Assembly (NCBI GenBank): GCA_964537825.1
Contig: CAZIDL010000005.1
Span: 1-59,194 of the forward strand
DNA length: 59,194 nucleotides
Source of the DNA: an uncultured Weeksellaceae bacterium
Lineage (GTDB): Bacteria; Bacteroidota; Bacteroidia; Flavobacteriales_D; CAYVSK01
Reading direction: 5' to 3'
The notes beneath the pieces were generated by a model. The model did not search any database. It saw nothing but the letters and a program-made list of their open reading frames with translations, and was not told the DNA's origin. The translations under genes were made by a program, and so were the position numbers. Within the stretch, counting starts at the first letter, position 1; each line of letters begins with the position of its first letter. Shown here in pieces: positions 43,891-52,500 of this stretch.

Positions 43891-44310
43891 TCAGTTGTCG
43901 AGGATCTCCACCTCGCAATCCTTGAGCATCGGGTAAAGGTCGGCCTTCAAATAGCTGCCGGCCACTTTTACCTTCATGCCCTTTTCCAGATCCTCGGCTC
44001 GCTCGTCCTTCTTCAGGAAACACTTGATGTCGGCCTTCGGCCCGTCGAGCTCTACGGTACGGGCGTCGATGCCGTGGATGCTGTTGCTCGTGAAGCCCGT
44101 CTTGAAGACCGTTCCTTCCAGCAGCAGTTTCTTCCCGGCGTAGCGTTCGTTGGTGGCCTTGCGGTCCTTCGTGAACTGCCGCGATAGCTCTTCCGCACTG
44201 AGCCGTTCGTCCACCTTCGTGCTGATCCCGCCTTTCTCCGGTCCTGAACCGGAAGGCCCGCAGCCTGAAAGCTGAAGGAAGAGGGGGAGCAGGAGGAGTG
44301 CTCGCTTCAT
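43891..44310 (-). CDS. OB-fold (tRNA_anti-like) lipoprotein
   Basis: Start at 44310 (MKRALLLLPLFLQLSGC, lipobox). The segment ...FTKDRKATNERYAGKKLLLEGTV... resembles the Bacteroidota OB-fold lipoprotein family, from memory. Confidence 0.5.
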   Translation of the reverse strand: MKRALLLLPLFLQLSGCGPSGSGPEKGGISTKVDERLSAEELSRQFTKDRKATNERYAGKKLLLEGTVFKTGFTSNSIHGIDARTVELDGPKADIKCFLKKDERAEDLEKGMKVKVAGSYLKADLYPMLKDCEVEILDN

Positions 44311-44414
44311 AGGCCTTTTTCTTAGGAGCAGCAAGATAGAAGATCCCGGATCTGCTCAACAGCTTCCGCGCTTCAAGATAAAAATATTATCCTTATTCGT
44401 CTTCATCATCTCTA

Positions 44415-44435
44415 TTTGATAAATTTGTTATCAAA
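44415..44435. promoter_or_regulatory. Perfect inverted repeat TTTGATAA-ATTTG-TTATCAAA (8-N5-8), candidate repressor operator of the dinB-dnaE2 cassette
   Basis: Read directly. The arms are 44415..44422 and 44428..44435. The repeat ends 10 nt before the dinB ATG (44446), inside an AT-rich patch. Confidence 0.45.
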
Positions 44436-44445
44436 AGCGGTGCTC

Positions 44446-45603
44446 ATGGAACGGATCGTCAGCCATATCGACCTGGACGCCTTCTTCGTGAGCGTGGAGC
44501 GCTTGCAGGACCGCAAGCTGCAAGGCATTCCGCTCATCATCGGAGGGGGGAGCGAGCGGGGGGTCGTGGCTTGTTGTTCCTATGAGGCACGGCGTTTCGG
44601 CGTGCATTCTGCGATGCCTATGAAGATGGCGCTCCGGCTCTGCCCGGATGCCAAGGTGGTGCGGGGGGACATGGAGCGCTACTCGCAGTTCTCTTCGATG
44701 GTCACCGAGATGATAGCGGAAAAGGCGCCGCTCTATGAGAAAGCTTCGATCGACGAGTTCTATCTGGACATGACGGGCATGGACCGCTTCTTTGCCTGCC
44801 AGCAGTGGATGACGGAACTGCGCGAGCGCATCGCCCGGGAGAGCGGACTCCCTTTGAGCTTCGGGATGTCAGTGAACAAGATGGTCTCCAAGATGGCTAC
44901 GGACGAGGCCAAGCCGAACGGACGGATGCGTATTCCGACCGGGAACGAACAGGAGTTCATTGCACCGATGCAGGTGAACCGCATCCCGATGGTGGGGGGT
45001 CGGACCTTCCGTATGCTCACGAGCATGGGCGTCCGCACGGTAGGGAAGCTGGCTCAAGTGCCCCCGGAATATCTGGAGCGCGAGTTCGGAAGGCGCGGTC
45101 CGGAGCTATCGCGCAAGGCCAACGGCATCGATCCCACGCCCGTCGTCCCCTATTCCGAGCGGAAGTCGATCTCGAGCGAACGGACCTTCCCGGCCGATCG
45201 CACTGACCTCGAAGGGCCGACCGCTCTGCTCCTACGCATGGGCGAGGAGCTCGGCTACGAACTGCGTCGTCAGCGAAAGCTATGTTCCTGTGTGACGGTG
45301 AAGATGCGCTATAGTGACCATCAGACCGTGAGCAAGCAGTGCCGCATCCCTTATACGGCCGCCGATCACGTGCTCTTGCCCAAGATCAAGGAGCTCTTCC
45401 GCAAGCTCTATGAGCGGCGTGTGCGGATCCGGGCCGTCGGGGTGCGCTTGAGCGGGCTGGTCCAAGGGGCGCATCAGATCGATCTGCTCGAGGACAGTGA
45501 GCGTCTGATGGAGCTTTATGCGGCGATGGACCGGATCCGGGAGCGGTTCGGGAAGAAGGCAGTGGGAAGAGTAGGAGGAGGTGGTTTAAATTCTAAACCA
45601 TAA
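44446..45603 (+). CDS. dinB: Y-family DNA polymerase (Pol IV/DinB-like) with intact catalytic carboxylates
   Basis: The ATG at 44446 gives MERIVSHIDLDAFFVSVE. This aligns with the E. coli DinB HVDMDCFFAAVE and SLDEAYLD blocks (here SIDEFYLD). The catalytic Asp/Asp-Glu residues are therefore present, unlike typical ImuB. 385 aa. Confidence 0.85.
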   Translation: MERIVSHIDLDAFFVSVERLQDRKLQGIPLIIGGGSERGVVACCSYEARRFGVHSAMPMKMALRLCPDAKVVRGDMERYSQFSSMVTEMIAEKAPLYEKASIDEFYLDMTGMDRFFACQQWMTELRERIARESGLPLSFGMSVNKMVSKMATDEAKPNGRMRIPTGNEQEFIAPMQVNRIPMVGGRTFRMLTSMGVRTVGKLAQVPPEYLEREFGRRGPELSRKANGIDPTPVVPYSERKSISSERTFPADRTDLEGPTALLLRMGEELGYELRRQRKLCSCVTVKMRYSDHQTVSKQCRIPYTAADHVLLPKIKELFRKLYERRVRIRAVGVRLSGLVQGAHQIDLLEDSERLMELYAAMDRIRERFGKKAVGRVGGGGLNSKP

Positions 45604-45703
45604 GCTCTAATTATAAAAAACAAATATTTGAATTCTGTGATCTATAATTTAGAGTTCAGCGTTTAGAATTTAGAATTAATGACTTAAAAAAACAGAAATT
45701 CAT
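45583..45703. repeat. AT-rich ~120-bp module bounded by a 12-bp perfect inverted repeat, between dinB and dnaE2
   Basis: The arms are TAAATTCTAAAC (45587..45598) and GTTTAGAATTTA (45661..45672). A local hairpin GGTTTA-aattc-TAAACC and a tandem TTTAGAA TTTAGAA are also present. By-eye GC is roughly 25% against a mid-50s background. The last ~6 codons and the stop of dinB lie inside it. Confidence 0.7.
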
Positions 45704-48682
45704 GTGTTAGTTGCTTGTCACACCCATTACAGCTTCCGCTACGGCACGCTTGCCCCGCGGGTGCTCGTGGAGAAGGCCGCCGTTCTAGGTCATCGTGTGC
45801 TCGCGCTCACCGACATCAACAGCAGCTCGGGGCAGTTCGAGTTCGTGCAAGCTTGCCGTGAGTTCGGCGTGGACCCTGTGACCGGCATCGAGTTCCGGAA
45901 CGGGGACGAGCTCTGCTATGTAGGGCTTCCGTTCGACGAGGAAGGGATCCGGGAGCTCCACGAGTTCCTGACCCGCCATCTTTTCGAAGGGGATCCTTTC
46001 CCGCATCGCCCCCCTTTCCTGGAGCATTGCTGCTTCATCCTCCCTTTCACTCGTACATGTGTGGAAGAGCTCCGGGAGGGGGAGTACCTGGGCGTTCGTC
46101 CCGGGGATCTCCGCTGGAAGCATCGGGAGCGGATCGCCGAGGCGCTCGATCGTTGCGTCATCTTCCATCCGGTCAGTTTCAGCGACGAGGAAGAACATTT
46201 CACGCATCGCCTCCTCCGGGCGATCGATCGGAACAGTCTGCTCGATCATCTTCGGCCTGAAGCGGAGGCCGCTCCCTCCGAGATGCTTCGGAGCCCGGAT
46301 GAATTGCGTCGCCTCTACGAGGGTTTTCCGCAGCTCGAACGCAACACGTTCCGGCTCCTCGAGCGCTGTGCCCACCTCGATCCTGCACCGCCCTCACCTA
46401 ACCGCTGCTTCTACACCGGCAACGAAGCGGATGATCGCGAACTGCTCGAAAAACTGGGCCAAGAAGGGATGATCCGTCGTTATGGGCCGAACGATACAGC
46501 TGCCCGAGAACGCCTGCACAAGGAGCTGGACATGATCGAGCGGCTCGGCTTCTGTGCCTATTTCCTGATCACCTGGGATATCGTGGGCTACGGGGATCAG
46601 AACGGTTATTACCACGTGGGACGGGGGAGCGGTGCCAATTCCATCGTCTCCTATTGCCTGGGGCTCACGGATGTCGATCCGCTGGCCCTGAACCTTTATT
46701 TCGAGCGTTTCATCAACCCCGAGCGAAGCTCCCCACCGGACCTCGATATCGATTTCTCCTGGGATGAGCGTGACGATGTGACCGATTACGTTCTGAAACG
46801 CTTCGGCCCCGAGTATACGGCCATTCTCTGCACTTTTGGAAGTTTCAAGCCTCGCTCTGCTATTCGTGAGCTCGGAAAGGTGCACGGCATGCCCAAGGGG
46901 GAGATCGATGCGCTCCTGGACGCACCGCCTGAGGAGTTCCCTTCGCCGAAGCTCCGCGAGCGCATCCTCCGCCATGCTGATCGCATCGCTGATATGCCCG
47001 ACCATCGGGGTATCCATGCGGGAGGCATCCTGATCGGTGAGCATTCTTTGGCTTATTCCACCGCTTCTTTTCTGCCCCCGAAAGGCTTTCCCGTGACCCA
47101 GATGGACATGTACACGGCCGAGGACATGGGCTTCCACAAGTTCGACGTGCTCAGTCAACGGGGCATCGGTCACGTTAAAGAGGCTGTGCGGCAAGTGGAA
47201 GCGAATCGGGGAGAGCAAGTCGATATCCGTGATGTGGAGCGCCTTCGGAACGATCCCGAGACGATGCGCTCTTTGCGGGAAGGGCGTTGCATCGGGTGCT
47301 TCTACATTGAAAGCCCCGCCATGCGAGGACTTCTTCAAAAGCTCCGCTGCGATACGGCCCTCGGGCTCGTCGCTGCTTCGTCGATCATCCGCCCCGGTGT
47401 AGCTCAAAGCGGCATGATGCGGGAATACATCCTGCGCAAGCACGATCCGGAGAACTACGAAGCGGTCCATCCCATCTTCGAGGAAGAGTTGAGCGAGACC
47501 TACGGGGTGATGGTCTATCAGGAGGACGTGATCCAGGTGGTGCATCGCTTTGCTGGCTTGGGGCTGGGAGAGGCGGACGTGCTGCGAAAATTGATGTCGG
47601 GAAAGACCGGCGGCAAGAAGTTGGACCTGAGCACGCTTCAGGAAAAGTTCTTCGCCAACTGCCGCGAGCTCGATCGGGATCCGGAGGTCGCGAAGGAGGT
47701 TTGGCGACAGATCAGCAGTTTCGCAGGCTATTCCTTTGCCAAGGGGCATTCCGCCAGCTATGCGGTCGGGTCGGTCCAGAGCCTTTACCTGAAGACCCAC
47801 TATCCCCTCGAGTTCTACACAGCCGTGATCAACAACTTCGGTGGCTTCTATCGGACGGAGGTCTATGTGCGGCAGGCCATGATGCACGGGGCTCGGGTTC
47901 ATCCGCCCTGCATCGAGTGTAGTGGGATGCTTTGTTCGATCGAGGGGGAGGATCTCTATCTGGGGTTGATCCTCATCGGAGGCTTGGAACAGCGAACTGC
48001 AGAACGGATCGTGGAAGAGCGGGAGCGGAACGGGGCCTTCGGGAGTATGGAGGCTTTGACCTCGCGCGTCCCGATGAAGCGCGAGCAGCTCGAGCTGCTG
48101 ATCCGCGTGGGAGCGTTGCGAAGTACGGGCGTGTCGCGTAAGGAGCTCCTTTGGGAGAAGCATCGTTGCCTGGAGGGGTCGGGCTCAGCCCCTTCTCCCA
48201 AGCTCTTGGACACCCGTCCCGATACGCTCGAGCTCCCTGAACTTGACGAGGCACCTTACGAGGAGGCTTTCGAAGAGTGGGAGATACTGGGCTTTCCGTT
48301 GTGTTCGCCCTTCGAGCTTTTGAGGACGAAGCAGCGCGGGGATGTGATGGCGCGTGAGTTGGCGGAGTGTGAAGGCCAGAGGGTGCGCATCATGGGGAGT
48401 TTCGTTAGCTTTAAGCCCGTTCGGACCGTTCGGGGAGAGCGGATGGGGTTCGCGGCCTGGCAGGATCCGGAAGGGAGCTTTTTCGACACGACGCATTTTC
48501 CGGACGGATTGCGGAAATATCCCTTAAGAGGGGAAGGGTGCTATCTCATTCAGGGAAAAGTGGACCTCGACTTCGGTTTCCCTTCGATCGAGGTTGAGCG
48601 GATGGCCAAGCTGCCCTGGATGGCGGATCCGCGTACAGAACCTTCGGAAGAAGGGCGTTCGGGTCAGAGGTTCACAGGCTGA
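45704..48682 (+). CDS. dnaE2: Error-prone DNA polymerase III alpha-family subunit (DnaE2-type)
   Basis: 992 aa with a GTG start. PHP N-terminus (ACHTHYSFRYG) and pol IIIα core blocks (GRGSGANSIVSYCLGLTDVDPL, FERFINPERSSPPDLDIDF, FDVLSQRGIGHV, YQEDV). It is shorter than a replicative DnaE and lies directly downstream of a Y-family polymerase. Confidence 0.88.
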   Translation: MLVACHTHYSFRYGTLAPRVLVEKAAVLGHRVLALTDINSSSGQFEFVQACREFGVDPVTGIEFRNGDELCYVGLPFDEEGIRELHEFLTRHLFEGDPFPHRPPFLEHCCFILPFTRTCVEELREGEYLGVRPGDLRWKHRERIAEALDRCVIFHPVSFSDEEEHFTHRLLRAIDRNSLLDHLRPEAEAAPSEMLRSPDELRRLYEGFPQLERNTFRLLERCAHLDPAPPSPNRCFYTGNEADDRELLEKLGQEGMIRRYGPNDTAARERLHKELDMIERLGFCAYFLITWDIVGYGDQNGYYHVGRGSGANSIVSYCLGLTDVDPLALNLYFERFINPERSSPPDLDIDFSWDERDDVTDYVLKRFGPEYTAILCTFGSFKPRSAIRELGKVHGMPKGEIDALLDAPPEEFPSPKLRERILRHADRIADMPDHRGIHAGGILIGEHSLAYSTASFLPPKGFPVTQMDMYTAEDMGFHKFDVLSQRGIGHVKEAVRQVEANRGEQVDIRDVERLRNDPETMRSLREGRCIGCFYIESPAMRGLLQKLRCDTALGLVAASSIIRPGVAQSGMMREYILRKHDPENYEAVHPIFEEELSETYGVMVYQEDVIQVVHRFAGLGLGEADVLRKLMSGKTGGKKLDLSTLQEKFFANCRELDRDPEVAKEVWRQISSFAGYSFAKGHSASYAVGSVQSLYLKTHYPLEFYTAVINNFGGFYRTEVYVRQAMMHGARVHPPCIECSGMLCSIEGEDLYLGLILIGGLEQRTAERIVEERERNGAFGSMEALTSRVPMKREQLELLIRVGALRSTGVSRKELLWEKHRCLEGSGSAPSPKLLDTRPDTLELPELDEAPYEEAFEEWEILGFPLCSPFELLRTKQRGDVMARELAECEGQRVRIMGSFVSFKPVRTVRGERMGFAAWQDPEGSFFDTTHFPDGLRKYPLRGEGCYLIQGKVDLDFGFPSIEVERMAKLPWMADPRTEPSEEGRSGQRFTG

Positions 48683-49467
48683 TCGATGCTCTGATCTTGG
48701 ATCAACGTGTTCACGATCCGGGAACGGTGACATTGCACAGGGTCCGCTTCGTAACAGATAAGAGCGATCCGTCCCTTTTCATCGAGCTCTTTTTCCAGAG
48801 CCCGGAGACTTTCCCAGGCTTGCGGTAGCATCTCCCATTCGTAGCGGTCGAGGAGTTCCTGACGTGCTTCTTCGCTTTGAACCCCGCTTCGGAGCTCCTT
48901 CGGGATCCCGAGGCCGGGAAAGTGCTGATAGCTCATCCCGAGGGTCGTACAGGCGTGCTCGAGCTGCTTCCTGGAAAAGCCGAACTTCCGGCTCACAGGA
49001 TCCTTCCGGACATCGCAAAGGCTGCGCATTCCGTTCCGGAGCAGTTCGTTCATAAAGTCCTCCAAGGGACGTCCTTCGTAGCCGATCGTGAATAGGGTAG
49101 GAGAGGGGTGCTCCGTCGTTCCCTTATGGAAACGGTCGAGAAGCTCTTTGTCGGAAATGGCCTCAAGTCGGGTAAGGGCCTTATCGGCTGCGTATTCCCA
49201 TTGAGGGGTTCCGGAGCTTTCTCCTTCTTCGCTCGCTTCTATCCCTTCGTTCCCTACATGGGTTCTCCCTGCTTGGTGGAGTTTTTCCAGGTCAGTTTCC
49301 AGGCAGAAACTCCAGGGGCCTGATGGGGTTGGAACAAAGCGATAGGGCGCGTTCCGGAGCAACTCCCCAAAAAGCAGGAAGAAGGAATGAAGCCTTTGGA
49401 CCGGTGTGGGGCCTTCAAACCTTCGAAGAAGTTGGAGGATCCGTTCGCGACGAGCTTGGGAGGTCAT
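48664..49467 (-). CDS. DUF488 domain protein with a ~125-aa N-terminal extension
   Basis: 267 aa. The C-terminal half LFTIGYEGRPLEDFMNELLRNGMRSLCDVRKDPVSRKFGFSRKQLEHAC...CYEADPVQCHRSRI matches the DUF488 pattern. Its 3' end overlaps the dnaE2 3' end by 19 nt. Confidence 0.7.
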   Translation of the reverse strand: MTSQARRERILQLLRRFEGPTPVQRLHSFFLLFGELLRNAPYRFVPTPSGPWSFCLETDLEKLHQAGRTHVGNEGIEASEEGESSGTPQWEYAADKALTRLEAISDKELLDRFHKGTTEHPSPTLFTIGYEGRPLEDFMNELLRNGMRSLCDVRKDPVSRKFGFSRKQLEHACTTLGMSYQHFPGLGIPKELRSGVQSEEARQELLDRYEWEMLPQAWESLRALEKELDEKGRIALICYEADPVQCHRSRIVNTLIQDQSIDQPVNL

Positions 49468-49559
49468 TGCGTTCGTTCAATATAGAACAGCTCCGTTGGT
49501 GCTGTTGTTGCTGCTTTCCCTGCTGACCCGGACCCCATTCCGGCGAGGGACCTCCTTGG

Positions 49560-52500
49560 TCAGATCCTGATCCCCACTACACAGACATCATCCACCTGTT
49601 CCTGCCCATCTTTCCATTCTTCGAAAATGCGGTCGAGCTCCTTCTTCTGGTCTTCAGGCGTCATCGTATGAATGCGAGCAAGTAGTTCCTTGAAAGGGCC
49701 GTAGCGGAACTTCTTGCCCTTGGGTCCACCGAACTGGTCGGCGTATCCGTCCGAGAAGATGTAGAGCATGTCGCCCTTCTGGGCCTGGATGGATACCGTG
49801 GTGAAGTCGCCGGAGGCGTATTCGTCGTATCCCACCGGCATGGGATCGCCCTTGACCTCGAAGCCGTCGGAGGATTTCTTGAAGGGTTTGACCCTATGGT
49901 CGAGCGATCCATGTTGGGGCGTATCATGTAGGGGCGACGGATGTGTCGCCCCTACAGAATGTCCAAAACGGACCGTCGGAAGATCCTCACCGATCCCCTT
50001 CCTTACGATGTAGAGGGGGTTCTGGGCGCCCGCGAACGCGACCGTCTTCGTTCCCTCTTCGTCCAGGGGTATCCTGAGGAGCGCAGCATCCATGCCGTCC
50101 TTGGCCCCTTCTCCGTGATCTCCACTACTGAGTTCGGCGACCACCCTTTCGCGGAGCTCGGTAAGGATCGCTCCCGGGCTCGGCGACCCTTTGCCCGCCA
50201 TGATCTCGTTGAGCTGGCTGATCCCGAGCATGGACATGAAGGCTCCGGGAACTCCGTGCCCGGTACAGTCGATCGCGGCGAAGTACAAATACCCGTTCTG
50301 CTCCCTCGCCCAGTAGAAGTCGCCGCTGACGGTCGCTTGTGGTTTGAAGAGGATGAAGTGTTCGGGAATGTGATCGGAAGCATATTCCTCGGACTGAAGA
50401 AGGGCGTTCTGGATCTTTTGGGCGTAGTCGATGCTGGCTGTTATTTCCTGATGGGCCTCTTCCACCTTTTCTTTTTGCTTTTCCACCTCTTCCTTCTGCT
50501 CCCGGATCTCTTGGGTCCGCTCTTCGACAGTTCTTTCGAGGCGCTGCTTCTGAGCTACTAGCCGCCTACTGTTGAGCCAAAGGAGGAGCCAGATGAAGCC
50601 TACCCCAGCTAGGGTATAGCCTCCAAATGCGGTCCAGGTCCGGTACCAAGGGGGGAGGATCCTGAAGCTGTATTCACCGATCTCGCTCTCCACCCCGTAG
50701 ATGTTCTTTGCTTTTACTCTGAAAGTGTAGCTCCCTTCCGGGAGGTTCGTGTACGCTTTACGGGTCTCCTTTTTCCATTGGCTCCATCCTTTGTCGAACC
50801 CTTCGAGGCGGTAACTGTATTCGAGCTCATCCTGGCTTTCGTAATAAGGAGCGGCGAAGTTGAAAATGATCCCGTTCATTTCATAGGGAAGGGTGGGAAC
50901 AAAAGACTCCGGCTGGTCCCATGCTCTTTTCCATCCGAGAAGACTGTCATCGGGGACCCGCTTTCTGTAAAAGCCCTTGAAGAGGAGCGAATCCTTTTTC
51001 GCCCTTCCCGTATCCTGAAGGGGAGCTGTCACCTCCCTGATGAAGCAGGGATAGTCCCGCCTGAAGTCCTTTTCTATTTTTTGGTCGTAGCGTGCGAGAC
51101 CGTTGCTGCCCCCGATCCAGGTGATGCCATTACTGTCGGGATAGAAAGCCCGGATCGCACCTAAGTCCAATCCTTTGAAGGGGAGGCTATCGACACGATA
51201 TCCCCCCTTCGCTTTCGGGATGAAATGATAGGCGGTCTTTGAACTGATCCAAACCGATCCGTCCCCGGCTTCATGAAGGATGCCTCCTCCTTGGATCTTC
51301 TCGGCCTTTCCTTCGGTGCAATTCAAGAAAAGGCAGCCCATGGTTGTGTCCGGGGTCCAATGAAAAGTGTCCCCCGGGCTTTTTGATAGGCGGTACAGTC
51401 CGGATCCTGTACTTGCTACGATCCGTTCCCGGAAGGGGAAGAAGCGGATCCCTCCCTTTGGTAGCCCCTTTCGCGCCTCTCCCTTTCCTGTGAACGTACT
51501 GAGGTTGATGCCTTTCTTCTTTGAGAGCTTTTCGTAGTGGATGGTCCTTAAGCTGTCAGATCGGAGAGCACGGGAAAGAACAGTACTGTCAAGGCGTATC
51601 CGAACCCCCCCTTTGCTTGGGAGGCCGCTCCAAAGATCCACTTTCACACCTTTTTTCGGAGATGTCCCTTGAAGCGCATGAACTTCCTCGGGGAGGCCCT
51701 TAATATGGAGCTCTTCCTGCCATTTTTGTTCCTTTTGACAGGAAAGGACGACGATCCCAGCATTTCCTCCGAAAGCTATCCATTGACCCTTAAGGGAAAT
51801 GGGTAGCTCGGTGAGGCTATAGGCATGCTTTCCGCTGATCCGATGGGCTTTCCAGGCTCCCTCTCCCTCTGGGTTCCCTTGCTGGGGTCTTATCTCGAAC
51901 AGAACATCTGCTGCGACCAGGAGAGAGCTCTTCTGCCGATCTTCATCCCTGGTACGGACGAGTACATAGGATTGGCCTTTTTGGCCGGATATAGGGAGCC
52001 ACTCACTTTTGCCGGGATCCTTTCCATTTGTTCGCACGTAAACACCTTGAAGCGTGGCGATGAAGAGCTGACCTCGATAGCGGGTAATGTCCTCAACGCC
52101 TCCTGAAAAGGCTTTTCCTTCCCGGGCGAAGGTCCGCGGATTCCCTGGGGTCCATCGGACGATTCCCTTGTTCGTGGCGCTCCAGAGCATTCCGGAACCC
52201 GATGCACCCTTCGCCGTCTGCCAGATACCGTTCGCTGTCATTCCTCTACTCTGGTCGAGGACATGGACCGGGCGCCCCAAGCTGTCCAGGAGCATCGCTC
52301 CTTTTCGGTTCGTGCTAACAGCGAGTGGCGCGTCCCAAGGGTTTGTATCAGGGGAAATGGGTATGGCGTGGTAGATATCCGCCTTACTGAGGAAGGGACG
52401 CCATTTTGCTCCGATCGGAGTAAGGCGGTCCTCCTTTCCTTTTGGCAGGTTCCCGTAGTGGTAACGATAAAGTCCGTTAAAACGGGTGAGGACAAGGACC

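Noticed and set aside
46394-48163. 589-aa ORF on the minus strand inside dnaE2
   Set aside because: It is antisense to a gene with unmistakable pol IIIα motifs. Its translation is Arg/Leu/Pro/His-rich with no recognisable domain, which is typical of a GC-driven shadow ORF.
45704-48682. This pol IIIα gene as the replicative DnaE
   Set aside because: It is short at 992 aa, starts at a GTG directly after a Y-family polymerase, and lacks an obvious long C-terminal tau/beta-binding extension. The DnaE2 reading is preferred but needs a whole-genome check for a second dnaE.
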